The translations under genes and the position numbers were made by a program. Below are positions 33,491 through 43,034 of a stretch of 64,000 nucleotides of DNA, piece after piece. Position 1 is the first letter of the stretch; each line of letters opens with the position of its first letter. The stretch is from sequence record MH719082.1. One strand, given 5' to 3'. The notes under the pieces are model-generated. The model worked only from the letters and a program-made list of their open reading frames with translations, searched no databases and had not been told where the DNA came from. Source of the DNA: Escherichia phage vB_EcoM_IME392.

Positions 33491-34927
33491 ATGGAAGTCG
33501 TAGACTCAGTCAATGCTGTTGACTTAGTTGAGGTATCCGAGGCAGTCCAATTCGACGTAGTTGAAAACGCATCCGAAGTTGATGGAAAATACGTCCTAGC
33601 GAAAGCTGTAGGTCCTGCGTTCTTTCCTGGTCAAACCTCTGGTAATAAAGTTTATTACCCCGAGGCGCTCTGGGAAAAAGTGCTGGCCGATGGGGACGTT
33701 AATTCCCGGCTGCAAAACCGTACCATGTTTGGTACGATTGGTCACGACATTGAGGATATCAATGACGAGGTCATCCGTCGAGGCGAACTGTCTCATATCG
33801 TAACTAAACTTTTTGTAGATGATGCTGGTGTAGGTCGAGCTGAGTATCTGGTGGTCAATACCCCGACTGGTCAGATTCTCAACACGCTACTCCGAGCAGG
33901 CTCTAAGCTGCGGGTGTCTACAAAGGCTAAGGGAGCGTTGTCCCATCCAGATGAGAATGGGGTCAAAACTCTCAGAAGCTACTATCTTAAAAGGATAGAC
34001 TTCGTACTTACCCCAGGATTCGAGCAGGCACTGCCCGAAGTAGCAGAGTCTCTGAACAAAATCCGTAACCAACTACCAGATCCCGTCGAGGAGAGTAAAA
34101 TGGAACAGAACGAATTCATTGAGCACCTTAAGACTGAGAACGCTCAGCTGAAGGCTCAGGTTGATGAATCCAAGCAGGCCAATACGGTCCTGAAAACTCA
34201 GCTGGATGAAGCGAAGACCCAACTGGCTACCGCTACCGCCCAGCTGGCTGAAGTTAACGAGTCCCTGGCTAAATACCAGACTCTGGGTACCTTCGAGCAG
34301 GTAGACGAAGCACTGACTAAAGGTGCGGAAACTATCACCACTCTGAAAGAGTCTCTGAACGAGGCTATCGAAGAGTCTGCTCACGACGTCCACGATCTGG
34401 AAGTCGTAGAAGAAGCTCTGGAGAAATACAAAGAGCTGGGTACTCCTGAAGAGATCTCCGAAGCTATCGCCACCCTGAATGGCTTGATCGAAGAGAAAGA
34501 GACCCAGGTCTGCGAATCTCTGGCCAAGAAATTCAAACGCAGCCCGAGCATGATTAAAACCATGCAGACTGCGCTGGGTGGCCTGGATAAAGTCGAAGAA
34601 GCTCTGGTAGCTGAAGCTGCCGAACTGGGCATCAAAATCGACGAATCCGACGATGGCGAAGATAAAGGCGACGGTAAAGACGATAAGGGTGATGACAAAT
34701 CCGACAAGAAAGATGGTGGGGATGACAAAGGCGACGATGCCGATGAATCCAAGAAAACTCCGTCTAAAGTCGAAGAGTCCCTGAATCGTGTAAATCGCCT
34801 GGGATCTCTGATGTCTACCAAACAGATCCGCACCAATCTGATTAATACCCAGAAAGTTGACGAGTCTGCTGGTAAAACTGCCGACGCGCCTCAATCTCGT
34901 GCCGGTAAACTGATGTCTCGTCGATAA
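33491..34927 (+). CDS. Prohead protease - scaffold fusion protein
   Basis: The N-terminal about 190 aa are globular with FGTIGHDIED (candidate catalytic His). The C-terminal about 290 aa are coiled-coil (EAL..LKESLNEAIEES...) and end in a D/K-rich acidic tail (DESDDGEDKGDGKDDKGDDKSDKKDGGDDKGDD). Confidence 0.5.
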   Translation: MEVVDSVNAVDLVEVSEAVQFDVVENASEVDGKYVLAKAVGPAFFPGQTSGNKVYYPEALWEKVLADGDVNSRLQNRTMFGTIGHDIEDINDEVIRRGELSHIVTKLFVDDAGVGRAEYLVVNTPTGQILNTLLRAGSKLRVSTKAKGALSHPDENGVKTLRSYYLKRIDFVLTPGFEQALPEVAESLNKIRNQLPDPVEESKMEQNEFIEHLKTENAQLKAQVDESKQANTVLKTQLDEAKTQLATATAQLAEVNESLAKYQTLGTFEQVDEALTKGAETITTLKESLNEAIEESAHDVHDLEVVEEALEKYKELGTPEEISEAIATLNGLIEEKETQVCESLAKKFKRSPSMIKTMQTALGGLDKVEEALVAEAAELGIKIDESDDGEDKGDGKDDKGDDKSDKKDGGDDKGDDADESKKTPSKVEESLNRVNRLGSLMSTKQIRTNLINTQKVDESAGKTADAPQSRAGKLMSRR

Positions 34928-34982
34928 CAGACTCAGTATCCGTAAGTGTAATTTGACTTTCCATGATTAAGGACTAATTTTC

Positions 34983-36410
34983 ATGACTAAGCAGAATATC
35001 GTGCTGTCTAACGTCGACGAGGCCTCCGCAGATGTAATGGCTAACGCCTACTTCGACAAATACAGCGAGCAAATGGATGCATACGCATCTAACTCCATCC
35101 TGGCGCGTGTTAACGAAAGCCTGTCTCCGTTCGAAATGATCGCAGTCGGCCAGACTCTGGACCAGTACCAGGGTTACCAGAAGTACGTCAACGAATCCAT
35201 GAGTGGCCTGGCATCTATGGGTGCTATTCCGGCAATCGCTCTGGACGTTATTACCGCATCTGTCGGTAACTCAATCCTGCCTCTGATCTGCTCTATCCAG
35301 CCGATCCCTGAAGAGCATGGTATTGTTTACTACCGTCAGATCAAAGCATCCCAGACCTCCGGCGGTTACAACGCAGGCGACGTGATCCGTGATCCGCTGT
35401 CTCGTGATAATCCTGGCGAAGGTACCCTGGGTGCCCAGCGTCGTCAGCAGGTAATCGGCACCGGTAACGGCACCGAAACTAACTTCGCTGCTACTCTGGA
35501 ACTGTATCCTGTTCGTCCGAACATGGTCTTCGTCAACATCCCTGGTGTTGGTAATGGTCAGGACGACGGTAACGGTAAGATCCTGGGCTTCGGCTTCGAT
35601 GGTACCATCAACTACAAAACTGGCGCGATCACTATCGCAGCTAAAGCAGCTGTTCCTAACACTGCTCAGGTTGCTGTTCGCTTCGACGTTGATGTTGATC
35701 TGCTGGATAACCTGGATAAAATCCAGGCTGGTCTGATCTCCAAAGATATCCGTGCGGAAATCTGGACCCTGGCTGCTGATATCGGCACCTTCGCTAACTT
35801 CGCCTTCCAGAATCGCTTCGGCCGTTCTGCAGAAGACGAAGTCGCATCCGACCTGTCCAACGAAATCACTAACGTCCTGAACGTTCGTGCTATCAAACAG
35901 ATCGCTGCGATGGCTATCGGAGAAACTATCTGGGATCAGACTCCTCCGGCTGGTGTTTCCTACGCTGAGCACAAACTGACTCTGGTTGATACCTTTGCTC
36001 GTGCTGAATCCGTGTTGCACAACAACGCTGGTGTAGGCTCTGTGAACCGTATCATCTGCGGTCGCTCTGCTGCTGCGGTATTCCGTGGTATGCCTGAGTT
36101 CACCCCAGCAGGTCAGTCTGTCGGTACTTCCGTATCTCTGTACGGCTTCTACGACGGCGTGCCGGTAATTCGTGCAACTGGTGTTATCGAAGATAACGCT
36201 GCGTATCTGATCTGCAACCCGGACGGTTACTTCAACTGCCCGCTGGCATACTCTCCGTTCATGCCGCTGATCGTTACCGATACCATCCAGAACCCGAACA
36301 ACCCGTTCCGTGGTACTAAAGCTGCTGGCGTTTGGGCGGGTATGACCCAGCTGAACCCGAACCTGGTAACCAAACTGACCTTCAAACTGGCTAACTTCTC
36401 TGGTAGCTAA
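34983..36410 (+). CDS. Major capsid protein (putative)
   Basis: 475 aa, follows the protease/scaffold. Strongly biased high-expression codon usage (ctg, ggt, cgt, aac) and a strong terminator directly downstream. Confidence 0.6.
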   Translation: MTKQNIVLSNVDEASADVMANAYFDKYSEQMDAYASNSILARVNESLSPFEMIAVGQTLDQYQGYQKYVNESMSGLASMGAIPAIALDVITASVGNSILPLICSIQPIPEEHGIVYYRQIKASQTSGGYNAGDVIRDPLSRDNPGEGTLGAQRRQQVIGTGNGTETNFAATLELYPVRPNMVFVNIPGVGNGQDDGNGKILGFGFDGTINYKTGAITIAAKAAVPNTAQVAVRFDVDVDLLDNLDKIQAGLISKDIRAEIWTLAADIGTFANFAFQNRFGRSAEDEVASDLSNEITNVLNVRAIKQIAAMAIGETIWDQTPPAGVSYAEHKLTLVDTFARAESVLHNNAGVGSVNRIICGRSAAAVFRGMPEFTPAGQSVGTSVSLYGFYDGVPVIRATGVIEDNAAYLICNPDGYFNCPLAYSPFMPLIVTDTIQNPNNPFRGTKAAGVWAGMTQLNPNLVTKLTFKLANFSGS

Positions 36411-36436
36411 GATTTGATGCGTTAAGTTGGCATTAG

Positions 36437-36476
36437 CTACGGCCTCTTATTGAGGCCGTAGTTTTTCTTGTTTTAA
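36437..36476 (+). terminator. Rho-independent terminator after the capsid gene
   Basis: GC-rich stem AGCTACGGCCTC / GAGGCCGTAGT with loop TTATT, followed by TTTTTCTTGTTTT. Confidence 0.8.
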
Positions 36477-36484
36477 TTTACTTT

Positions 36485-36514
36485 GACATATCTCGATTAG
36501 TCAAACTAAATTTA
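36485..36514 (+). promoter_or_regulatory. Sigma70-like promoter (TTGACA - 17/18 nt - TAAATT) upstream of gene 36560
   Basis: TTGACA at 36485..36490, TAAATT at 36509..36514. A similar TTGACT...TAATTT lies upstream of the capsid gene at about 34935..34965. Confidence 0.4.
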
Positions 36515-36559
36515 GTCAGGACGACACACTAGCACTAACCACCAACCAAAGAGGTAGAT

Positions 36560-37276
36560 ATGTATAAGGTAACTAATAAGTCCGAGTACACTGTTCAAGC
36601 TAACCTATCCGCAGACGGTCCGGTAAGCATCGCTCCTAAAGAGAGTCTGACCATTCGTAACCCGTCTCGCGATTTCGTTAAAGAGATCGGTCGCGTATCT
36701 AACCTGCTTTCCTATACGGAAGTAAGTGGTGATGCGTCTGGTGATCAGACCGATAAAGACGAAGTGGTCGTAGCTGAGCCAGAACATCCGAACTCGCTGG
36801 ACAAAGAGCCAGGTACTGTTATTCAGGGTACTGCTCTGACCAAAGAAGAAATTAACACTGCTGCTGAGCGCTCTGATCATAAGATCAATGACAAAGTGCC
36901 CGACACTGCGGTAGTTGGCGCTAACCAGGATGCTGCTGCACCTAAAACTGGTGGCGAGTCTAACGTCGCTCCTAAAGAAGTGACTGACGCAGAATTAAAT
37001 AACGCTGGCGCTGGCGCTGCTGCCGGTGGTGAAGATCAGGGTACTGGTAATGCGGAAGATGCTTCTGCAGATAAATCCGACTCTGGCATCCGTCAGTTTA
37101 CCGGTGAAGAACCTACCAAATCTGAAGATGACGGCGAAGGTGAGCAGTACACTCGCGAAGAGCTGGAATCTACTCACTGGGCTACCGTTAAGAGCATCGC
37201 GGAATCTAACGGTATTGACTACACCAACAAAGGTGAAGCGATCACCGCTATTCTGGATGCTAAAGTAACCAAGTAA
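36560..37276 (+). CDS. Virion-associated protein with a C-terminal HeH/LEM-like helix-extension-helix motif
   Basis: C-terminal ELESTHWATVKSIAESNGIDYTNKGEAITAILDAKV resembles HeH / Rho-N-like DNA-binding motifs. Codon usage matches the capsid gene. Confidence 0.35.
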   Translation: MYKVTNKSEYTVQANLSADGPVSIAPKESLTIRNPSRDFVKEIGRVSNLLSYTEVSGDASGDQTDKDEVVVAEPEHPNSLDKEPGTVIQGTALTKEEINTAAERSDHKINDKVPDTAVVGANQDAAAPKTGGESNVAPKEVTDAELNNAGAGAAAGGEDQGTGNAEDASADKSDSGIRQFTGEEPTKSEDDGEGEQYTREELESTHWATVKSIAESNGIDYTNKGEAITAILDAKVTK

Positions 37277-37309
37277 TAGCTAAAATTCAACGAGCCTACG
37301 GAGCATAGT

Positions 37310-37846
37310 ATGGATATTCGCAGTTTAGTTCTCCAGGGAACAGATACTCTCAGGAAGAATCAATATCCTACTGGTAAAGTAGGCTCGTTCGATTTTAACT
37401 ATGTTATGAGAAATAAACAGCTCATCGTTAAATCTCAGGCACGCCCTTCCAGTGGTGAATCGTATTCGGCATATCAGTCCCAGATTGTATTCTCTGGAGT
37501 AGGTTATTCTGATGTTCCGTCTCCTGATTTCCCTCTGACGTACAATTCTCCTAACGGGAAGATTTATCTTCAGAAGCCTACCACTCGGAATACTGTCCAG
37601 ATCAGATGTTCTTGTAAGGACGATTATTTCATGTGGCAGTACCCTAATAAGTCTAAGGGTGCTCTCCTGGGTAGATTTAAGCCGTATGTACGTAAAACAA
37701 CGGATCGTCCTCCTAGAAACCCAGGCAACGTACCAGGAATGTGTAAACATGCTCTGGCTCTCGTGAAGAATCTGTTTTCTATGGGAGTTCTCCAGCCTGA
37801 TTCTCAGGTACAAGAGTACTTATCAAGACCAACTAGGAGTATATAA
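37310..37846 (+). CDS. Hypothetical structural-module protein
   Basis: 178-aa ORF. Confidence 0.4.
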   Translation: MDIRSLVLQGTDTLRKNQYPTGKVGSFDFNYVMRNKQLIVKSQARPSSGESYSAYQSQIVFSGVGYSDVPSPDFPLTYNSPNGKIYLQKPTTRNTVQIRCSCKDDYFMWQYPNKSKGALLGRFKPYVRKTTDRPPRNPGNVPGMCKHALALVKNLFSMGVLQPDSQVQEYLSRPTRSI

Positions 37847-38133
37847 TGGTAACTGCAGCAGAAGTTCTTTCGTCTGTTGACGAAGCCACTTATACGATCA
37901 AGCGCATCAAACAGATTCGTGACGGTCGTCTGGTGATTCGTCAGAAGCGTCAGTACGCTGGTCCGGCACCTAAGCCAGGATTTAAGCGTAATCCTCAGAC
38001 TGGCAACATCGAGAAGATGACAGCTACTGAGCACCGTAAGCGTTCTAAAGCTGTCCGTAAGGTACAGCGTAAGGCCACGGTTAAGCTGAAACGCGCTAAA
38101 TCAATTCGTCGCAGAGAGGCTATGGGGTTATGA
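37846..38133 (+). CDS. Small highly basic protein (possible internal/DNA-binding virion protein)
   Basis: 95 aa with many K/R (KRSKAVRKVQRKATVKLKRAKSIRRRE). Confidence 0.4.
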   Translation: MVTAAEVLSSVDEATYTIKRIKQIRDGRLVIRQKRQYAGPAPKPGFKRNPQTGNIEKMTATEHRKRSKAVRKVQRKATVKLKRAKSIRRREAMGL

Positions 38134-38759
38134 GTCTGAGCTATGATGAACTCGTTGAATCGTTCCTGTTAGAATCAGGGCAATTTATTCTGGATAGTCT
38201 GGATGATACTGCTCTTACGCAGGACCGAGTGGAGCTTATCATAGCTAAAGAGCTAGCCACCTACTCCAGATATAAACCTAATCTGGTTACTGGAGCTTTG
38301 AATCTCTGGAATAACCGAAGATTTACTGGTAAGGATGAGCACGGTAATCCTGAGCCCATCCCTATCGTAATTCACCGACTATTCGTTAATGGTGGTTTTA
38401 CTCGCTTGATCACCAACAATAGATTCGGTACCATCTCCCAGAACTACTGGCGCTTCGATAACGGAGTGTTCAATATGTATATGGAAGATGGGCAGTACTT
38501 GTGTGAGTATGCAGTAGCGCACACCTATAATAAAGAAACTAAGTCAATCGACTCCTTAGACTTAACAGCAACTACGTTCATGAGTATGGTTCATGGTAAG
38601 ATGATGCAAGTCTTAGGCAGGTCCCGACGAGCCTTCCAGATCAGTGATAGTCCTATACTGATGGATGGTGATGCACTAATAGCGGACGGCCAACAGATGT
38701 ATGACCAGGCTATGGAAGATCTTAAAACCCAGAGCGATTACATGTTGGCTTCTATGTAA
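38130..38759 (+). CDS. Hypothetical head/neck protein
   Basis: 209-aa ORF, translationally coupled. Confidence 0.4.
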   Translation: MSLSYDELVESFLLESGQFILDSLDDTALTQDRVELIIAKELATYSRYKPNLVTGALNLWNNRRFTGKDEHGNPEPIPIVIHRLFVNGGFTRLITNNRFGTISQNYWRFDNGVFNMYMEDGQYLCEYAVAHTYNKETKSIDSLDLTATTFMSMVHGKMMQVLGRSRRAFQISDSPILMDGDALIADGQQMYDQAMEDLKTQSDYMLASM

Positions 38760-38768
38760 GAGGCTTTT

Positions 38769-39332
38769 ATGGAGAAGAGAACTCACCAGGATAGACTGGA
38801 GGAGGCTTCCCGCAAGTTCGCATTAGTTCAAATACCTTTAGCAGTGAAAACTGCTGGTATATATTGTCGGTTGTATCGTAAAGTCAACGACCTACGTGAT
38901 GAGGTCTACGGCAATTACGGAGGAGTCGACGAACTAATCCCCATTACAGCGAACTCGGTGTATTCTGGCATGGATAATGCAGTTGCATCGGCATCAGGTT
39001 CGTCGCTGGACTTATCCAGCTTGGGTACTTTAGAGGACGGTGCGCTAGCTCAGAACGAAATCGACGTCTCTTCGGGCTACGAAGTAGAAGACGAGTTCCG
39101 AGTGCTGCTTACCGCATCTCAATGGCGAATAGTAGCGGGCTATGAGGGAGGCTTCCTCGAGGATAGCGGGTATGCTTTTGCTCTTACCTCCAAGGACTTA
39201 AAGACAGGTGATGTCGTAGAGTTCGACAGGAAAGACGGAGCTCTCGCGAGATTCCGAGTAATTAAGCCGGTATCTCTTGGTCGAAAAGTGGATATCGTTA
39301 CCAGATTCCAATTATCAAACATAGGGGATTGA
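38769..39332 (+). CDS. Hypothetical head/neck protein
   Basis: 187-aa ORF. Confidence 0.4.
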   Translation: MEKRTHQDRLEEASRKFALVQIPLAVKTAGIYCRLYRKVNDLRDEVYGNYGGVDELIPITANSVYSGMDNAVASASGSSLDLSSLGTLEDGALAQNEIDVSSGYEVEDEFRVLLTASQWRIVAGYEGGFLEDSGYAFALTSKDLKTGDVVEFDRKDGALARFRVIKPVSLGRKVDIVTRFQLSNIGD

Positions 39333-39333
39333 T

Positions 39334-39999
39334 ATGGCTAGTTTGGCGATCACTCCTGCTGATGTAATTGCTGCTCTTAATAAGTGGTTAGCTACTAACT
39401 ATAAGACTGTTAAGAGTATCGTGTTTGATCCTATGGCTGGTTATGAAACATCCATAGAGAATGTCAGAGCCACGAGTATTCAATTGAATAACTATCGTGA
39501 GGCTAAATCCACGATGCCGATTCTGTCGTGGAACCGGACGCCCTTCCGCAGAGGAGATATGGGTAAAACCATATCCCAGAAGATGAAAGGTGCCGATGGT
39601 AAATGGTACAACGTAACTGTAGCCATGATGAAGATGGACTACAGATTCGTATTCTTCGCCACGAATATGAAAGATGTTGAGCAGTTTGAGGTTGACTGGT
39701 TAACACAGCGTGGGTTAAACGGGATTACGAATGCTACAGTGAACATGGGGCAGTCGCTAGGTGAATTTACCTTCGCCTTAAACTGGGGCATGTCTCTGGA
39801 AGATATAACCTTTAATCTGGAGACTAATTACTACAAAGCCTTAACTGGCTCTGCGGAGATTAGTGGACCGGTTATATCAGCCACGGAACTGGGTGAGGAT
39901 GACCTCAATAACCTTATCGAGGTGGTTGAGTTCCAACTCCAGTCCTGTAATGGCGGAGTACTTCCGGATAAGTTTACAATTACAGATCTCGGAGATTAA
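39334..39999 (+). CDS. Hypothetical neck/tail-completion protein
   Basis: 221-aa ORF immediately before the sheath operon. Confidence 0.4.
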   Translation: MASLAITPADVIAALNKWLATNYKTVKSIVFDPMAGYETSIENVRATSIQLNNYREAKSTMPILSWNRTPFRRGDMGKTISQKMKGADGKWYNVTVAMMKMDYRFVFFATNMKDVEQFEVDWLTQRGLNGITNATVNMGQSLGEFTFALNWGMSLEDITFNLETNYYKALTGSAEISGPVISATELGEDDLNNLIEVVEFQLQSCNGGVLPDKFTITDLGD

Positions 40000-40000
40000 G

Positions 40001-40192
40001 ATGTCTGAACAAAATAAAACCGACGCCCCAGTTAGCGAAAAGGTTCGCCTGTTCTCTATTGTGGATTATGACGTCGAGATCACCATTAAAGGTGGTCAAA
40101 CTATCCTCGTTCCTCCGAAGGGCATCCTGAAAGATGTTCCTAAAGAGTGGCTGGAAGATGTCAAACTTCCTGCTGGCGTTAAGATGAAATAA
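40001..40192 (+). CDS. Small hypothetical protein (63 aa, start MSEQNK)
   Basis: Internal ATG 40001 of ORF 39863..40192, preceded by GGAGATTAAG. Confidence 0.35.
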   Translation: MSEQNKTDAPVSEKVRLFSIVDYDVEITIKGGQTILVPPKGILKDVPKEWLEDVKLPAGVKMK

Positions 40193-40202
40193 GGAGATTT
40201 AA

Positions 40203-42002
40203 ATGTCTGCACCACGCGTAAGCTATGCGGAGCGCGATCTGAGTGCGTACGTTCCTGCCACTGAGACTATTTATGCGGCTATCGTAGTTGATGCTGTTAA
40301 AGGTCCGGTAGAGAAACCGATCGTGCCTGGCAATGCTCCCAACTTCCTGAAAATCTTTACGCCAAATGAGCAAATCGACATCGGTATGTCTACTGCGCAC
40401 TTCTCTGCGCTAACCGTGTTGGAGAAATACTCCAGCGTGGTGGTAGTTCGTGCTGCTTCTGCTGATGCTCGCTATTCAGGCGCTCTGGTAAATAAAGACG
40501 GTACCGTCGTTACTGCCAGTGATATTAAAGATCCGTCTGCAGTGGATATGGACGACGAGTCCTTCCTGATCGCAGCAGCTAACCAGGGTCTTTGGGGTGA
40601 TGAACTCCGCTTCCAGGTACTCGGCTATAAAGCTACTGAGACTGTCGCCGTAACTGGTGGTATTCTTAAGTCTACCCAGAAATGGGGTGCTGGTTATCCG
40701 GTTAAACTGGCTGGCTCTAACCTGCCTGCTGAAGTAAATGATTACACCACTTACTTCGCAGTACCTGCTGCTGGTGGTATTAAGCTGGCAACCAGCCGAG
40801 CTAATGCTACCGCATCTACTCCTGTTACATTGACCGTGTCCGATGCTACTGGAGTTATCGTATCTCCAGCTGTGGAGTACACCAAGATCCCTAATACCTT
40901 CAATCTGCGGGTATTTAAAGCGGACGATCTGGTTAATCCAGTGCTGGACGTAATCGGTTCTAAGATCAATGGTCTTAAGGATCAGGACAATAAGTCTCTG
41001 TACATCGAAGATGTTACTGCCGACAATATCTACGCTCAGGTGTTTAATAACCCTCTGAACACTGATCCGGTTACTGACATCGTTATCCCAGCAGCATTGG
41101 GTGGTGGTTCTAACGGATCTCCTGTTACCGATGGAGACTGTATTCGTGCTCTGAATAAGCTCAACAACCCTCGTGAATTCGCTATTAAAGTGATCATGAA
41201 CGGTGGTCGTACTTCTCAGGCATACGGTTCAGCGATCATCGCACTGGCAGAGTCCCGTGCTGACTGCGTCGGTATTACCTCGGTTCCTCTGACTGCACAG
41301 GGTGGTGTATCTCCTGCCCAGTCTATGGTTAACTATCGTAAGCACGACACTAACTGGGATACCAGTTATGCTGCCATGTATGCGCCTCACGTTAAGATCT
41401 ACGATCGTTACAACGACCGTAATCTGTGGGTATCTCCGGACGGCGTTGCGACGAAGGCTATCTTCGATACCGCATCTAACTTCGAGATCTGGTACCCAGT
41501 GGGTGGTAACAAGCGTGGCGTGGTTAACGTGCTGGATACGTACGTACACCTGCTAGACTCTGACCAGGATCTTCTGTATGATGCGGGTATTAACCCTATC
41601 GTATTCGAAGAAGGAGAAGGTATCAAGATCTGGGGTCAGAAGACTCTTCAGTATGCCAGCTCTATGCTGGATCGTCTGAATGTCCGACTCCTGCTGGTTA
41701 CCATCGGTCCGGCTATCCGTAAACTGCTGGCGAACTTCCTGTTCGAATTCAACGATGCGGATACTCGTGCGCTGGCTAAAGGTATGGTCGATACCTATAT
41801 GGATTCGATCATGGCTCGTCGCGGTGTTACTAAGTATGTCACTATCTGTGATGATACCAACAACACTGCAAGCGATGTGGATAACCATATCCTGCGAGTA
41901 AGCCTGCTGGTTTGCCCGAATAACTCGACCGAATACATCCCTCTGACTATTGGTATTACCAATAACAGTGTGGACTTCGATCTGGCCGCGGAAGCACTGT
42001 AA
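40203..42002 (+). CDS. Tail sheath protein
   Basis: 599 aa. The C-terminal conserved sheath segment DAGINPIVFEEGEGIKIWGQKTL is present. Highly biased codon usage. Confidence 0.8.
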   Translation: MSAPRVSYAERDLSAYVPATETIYAAIVVDAVKGPVEKPIVPGNAPNFLKIFTPNEQIDIGMSTAHFSALTVLEKYSSVVVVRAASADARYSGALVNKDGTVVTASDIKDPSAVDMDDESFLIAAANQGLWGDELRFQVLGYKATETVAVTGGILKSTQKWGAGYPVKLAGSNLPAEVNDYTTYFAVPAAGGIKLATSRANATASTPVTLTVSDATGVIVSPAVEYTKIPNTFNLRVFKADDLVNPVLDVIGSKINGLKDQDNKSLYIEDVTADNIYAQVFNNPLNTDPVTDIVIPAALGGGSNGSPVTDGDCIRALNKLNNPREFAIKVIMNGGRTSQAYGSAIIALAESRADCVGITSVPLTAQGGVSPAQSMVNYRKHDTNWDTSYAAMYAPHVKIYDRYNDRNLWVSPDGVATKAIFDTASNFEIWYPVGGNKRGVVNVLDTYVHLLDSDQDLLYDAGINPIVFEEGEGIKIWGQKTLQYASSMLDRLNVRLLLVTIGPAIRKLLANFLFEFNDADTRALAKGMVDTYMDSIMARRGVTKYVTICDDTNNTASDVDNHILRVSLLVCPNNSTEYIPLTIGITNNSVDFDLAAEAL

Positions 42003-42012
42003 GGAGATCAGG

Positions 42013-42537
42013 ATGCCGCCTATTACTTTGGATCAAGTCCGCAATCTGGGAGACTTCGCCACGATCGTCGACTGGGAATTACAGTTCATCACTGTACCTT
42101 CCGGCCTGAATAATCTGTCGGATGCAGTCTTCCTGCGTTGCGAATCTTCGGATATTCCGAAAAAGACTGGTACTTCCACATCTATCCAGATTCGTGGTCT
42201 GGTGCCAGTTAAACAGCCTGGGATTTACGCTCCTCCTCAGACTCTTACACTAACCTGTAACGAAACTGTGGATAACGCAATCGCTCAGCAGATTGCTAAC
42301 TGGCGTGAAATGTGCTACCAGACTGGTACTGGTGTTGCTGGTCGTACTCAGGATGTTAAGGCGAAACTGCGTCTTAAACGTCTGAATCGTCAGAAAGTCG
42401 GTATCTGGTATTATGATCTCGAAGGTGTATTCCTGGAAGATTATGATGCTGGTGGCCAGCTGGGCTCTACTTCGGCTGACGTACTGAAACCAGTCCTGAC
42501 GTTGTCCTACGACGACTTCAAGGAAGGAGCTCTTTAA
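42013..42537 (+). CDS. Tail tube protein (putative)
   Basis: 175 aa directly after the sheath. Start ATG 42013 with RBS GGAGATCAGG. Confidence 0.5.
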   Translation: MPPITLDQVRNLGDFATIVDWELQFITVPSGLNNLSDAVFLRCESSDIPKKTGTSTSIQIRGLVPVKQPGIYAPPQTLTLTCNETVDNAIAQQIANWREMCYQTGTGVAGRTQDVKAKLRLKRLNRQKVGIWYYDLEGVFLEDYDAGGQLGSTSADVLKPVLTLSYDDFKEGAL

Positions 42538-42551
42538 TAGAGAGGTAGACC

Positions 42552-43028
42552 GTGTTTTTGAATAATGTTCAACAAGTACGGTCTATCGAATGGGGACAAA
42601 TGCACTTGTGGGATGTAAGATTCCCTGATGCTCCGTCCCCATTCTCCGACTGGTTTCCTGCTACGGATTATCAGTTGAACTCAGTAACTGGGTTAGCTAT
42701 GTCTCAGCAGTTTTACATGCGAGATTTTAAGTTCCCCCAGAGTAAAGGATCTCCGGATTTAACATTCCAGGTATTGGACGATGAGAAGATGACACTCCAT
42801 GAGTGGTATCAGCATTGGTTCGATGAAATATACCAGGAATCTTCCGGAGTACTTACTTTAGCTGAGTGTGTTAGACCAGTTATAGTAGCTACCTTAAATC
42901 GTCAGAGACAGAGAGTGTTGTTAGAGACATTCTATGTATTCCCAGACGGTGCGGTAAACAGAAGTGGCTCGTCCAATTCGGATCAAGTCAACTTCACAAT
43001 GAACTTCATCATAGCAGGTAAGAACTAA
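42552..43028 (+). CDS. Tail tube paralogue / tube-initiator-like protein
   Basis: 158 aa with a GTG start after GAGAGG. Second tube-sized protein, analogous to T4 gp19 and gp48/54. Confidence 0.4.
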   Translation: MFLNNVQQVRSIEWGQMHLWDVRFPDAPSPFSDWFPATDYQLNSVTGLAMSQQFYMRDFKFPQSKGSPDLTFQVLDDEKMTLHEWYQHWFDEIYQESSGVLTLAECVRPVIVATLNRQRQRVLLETFYVFPDGAVNRSGSSNSDQVNFTMNFIIAGKN

Positions 43029-43034
43029 GGATCA

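Noticed and set aside
34073-36020. Long minus-strand ORFs 34073..34894 (273 aa), 34381..34836 and 35271..36020 (249 aa)
   Set aside because: They are antisense to the scaffold and major capsid genes. Their sequences are low-complexity (F/L/S/R runs), typical of reverse-frame artefacts of GC3-rich, highly expressed genes.
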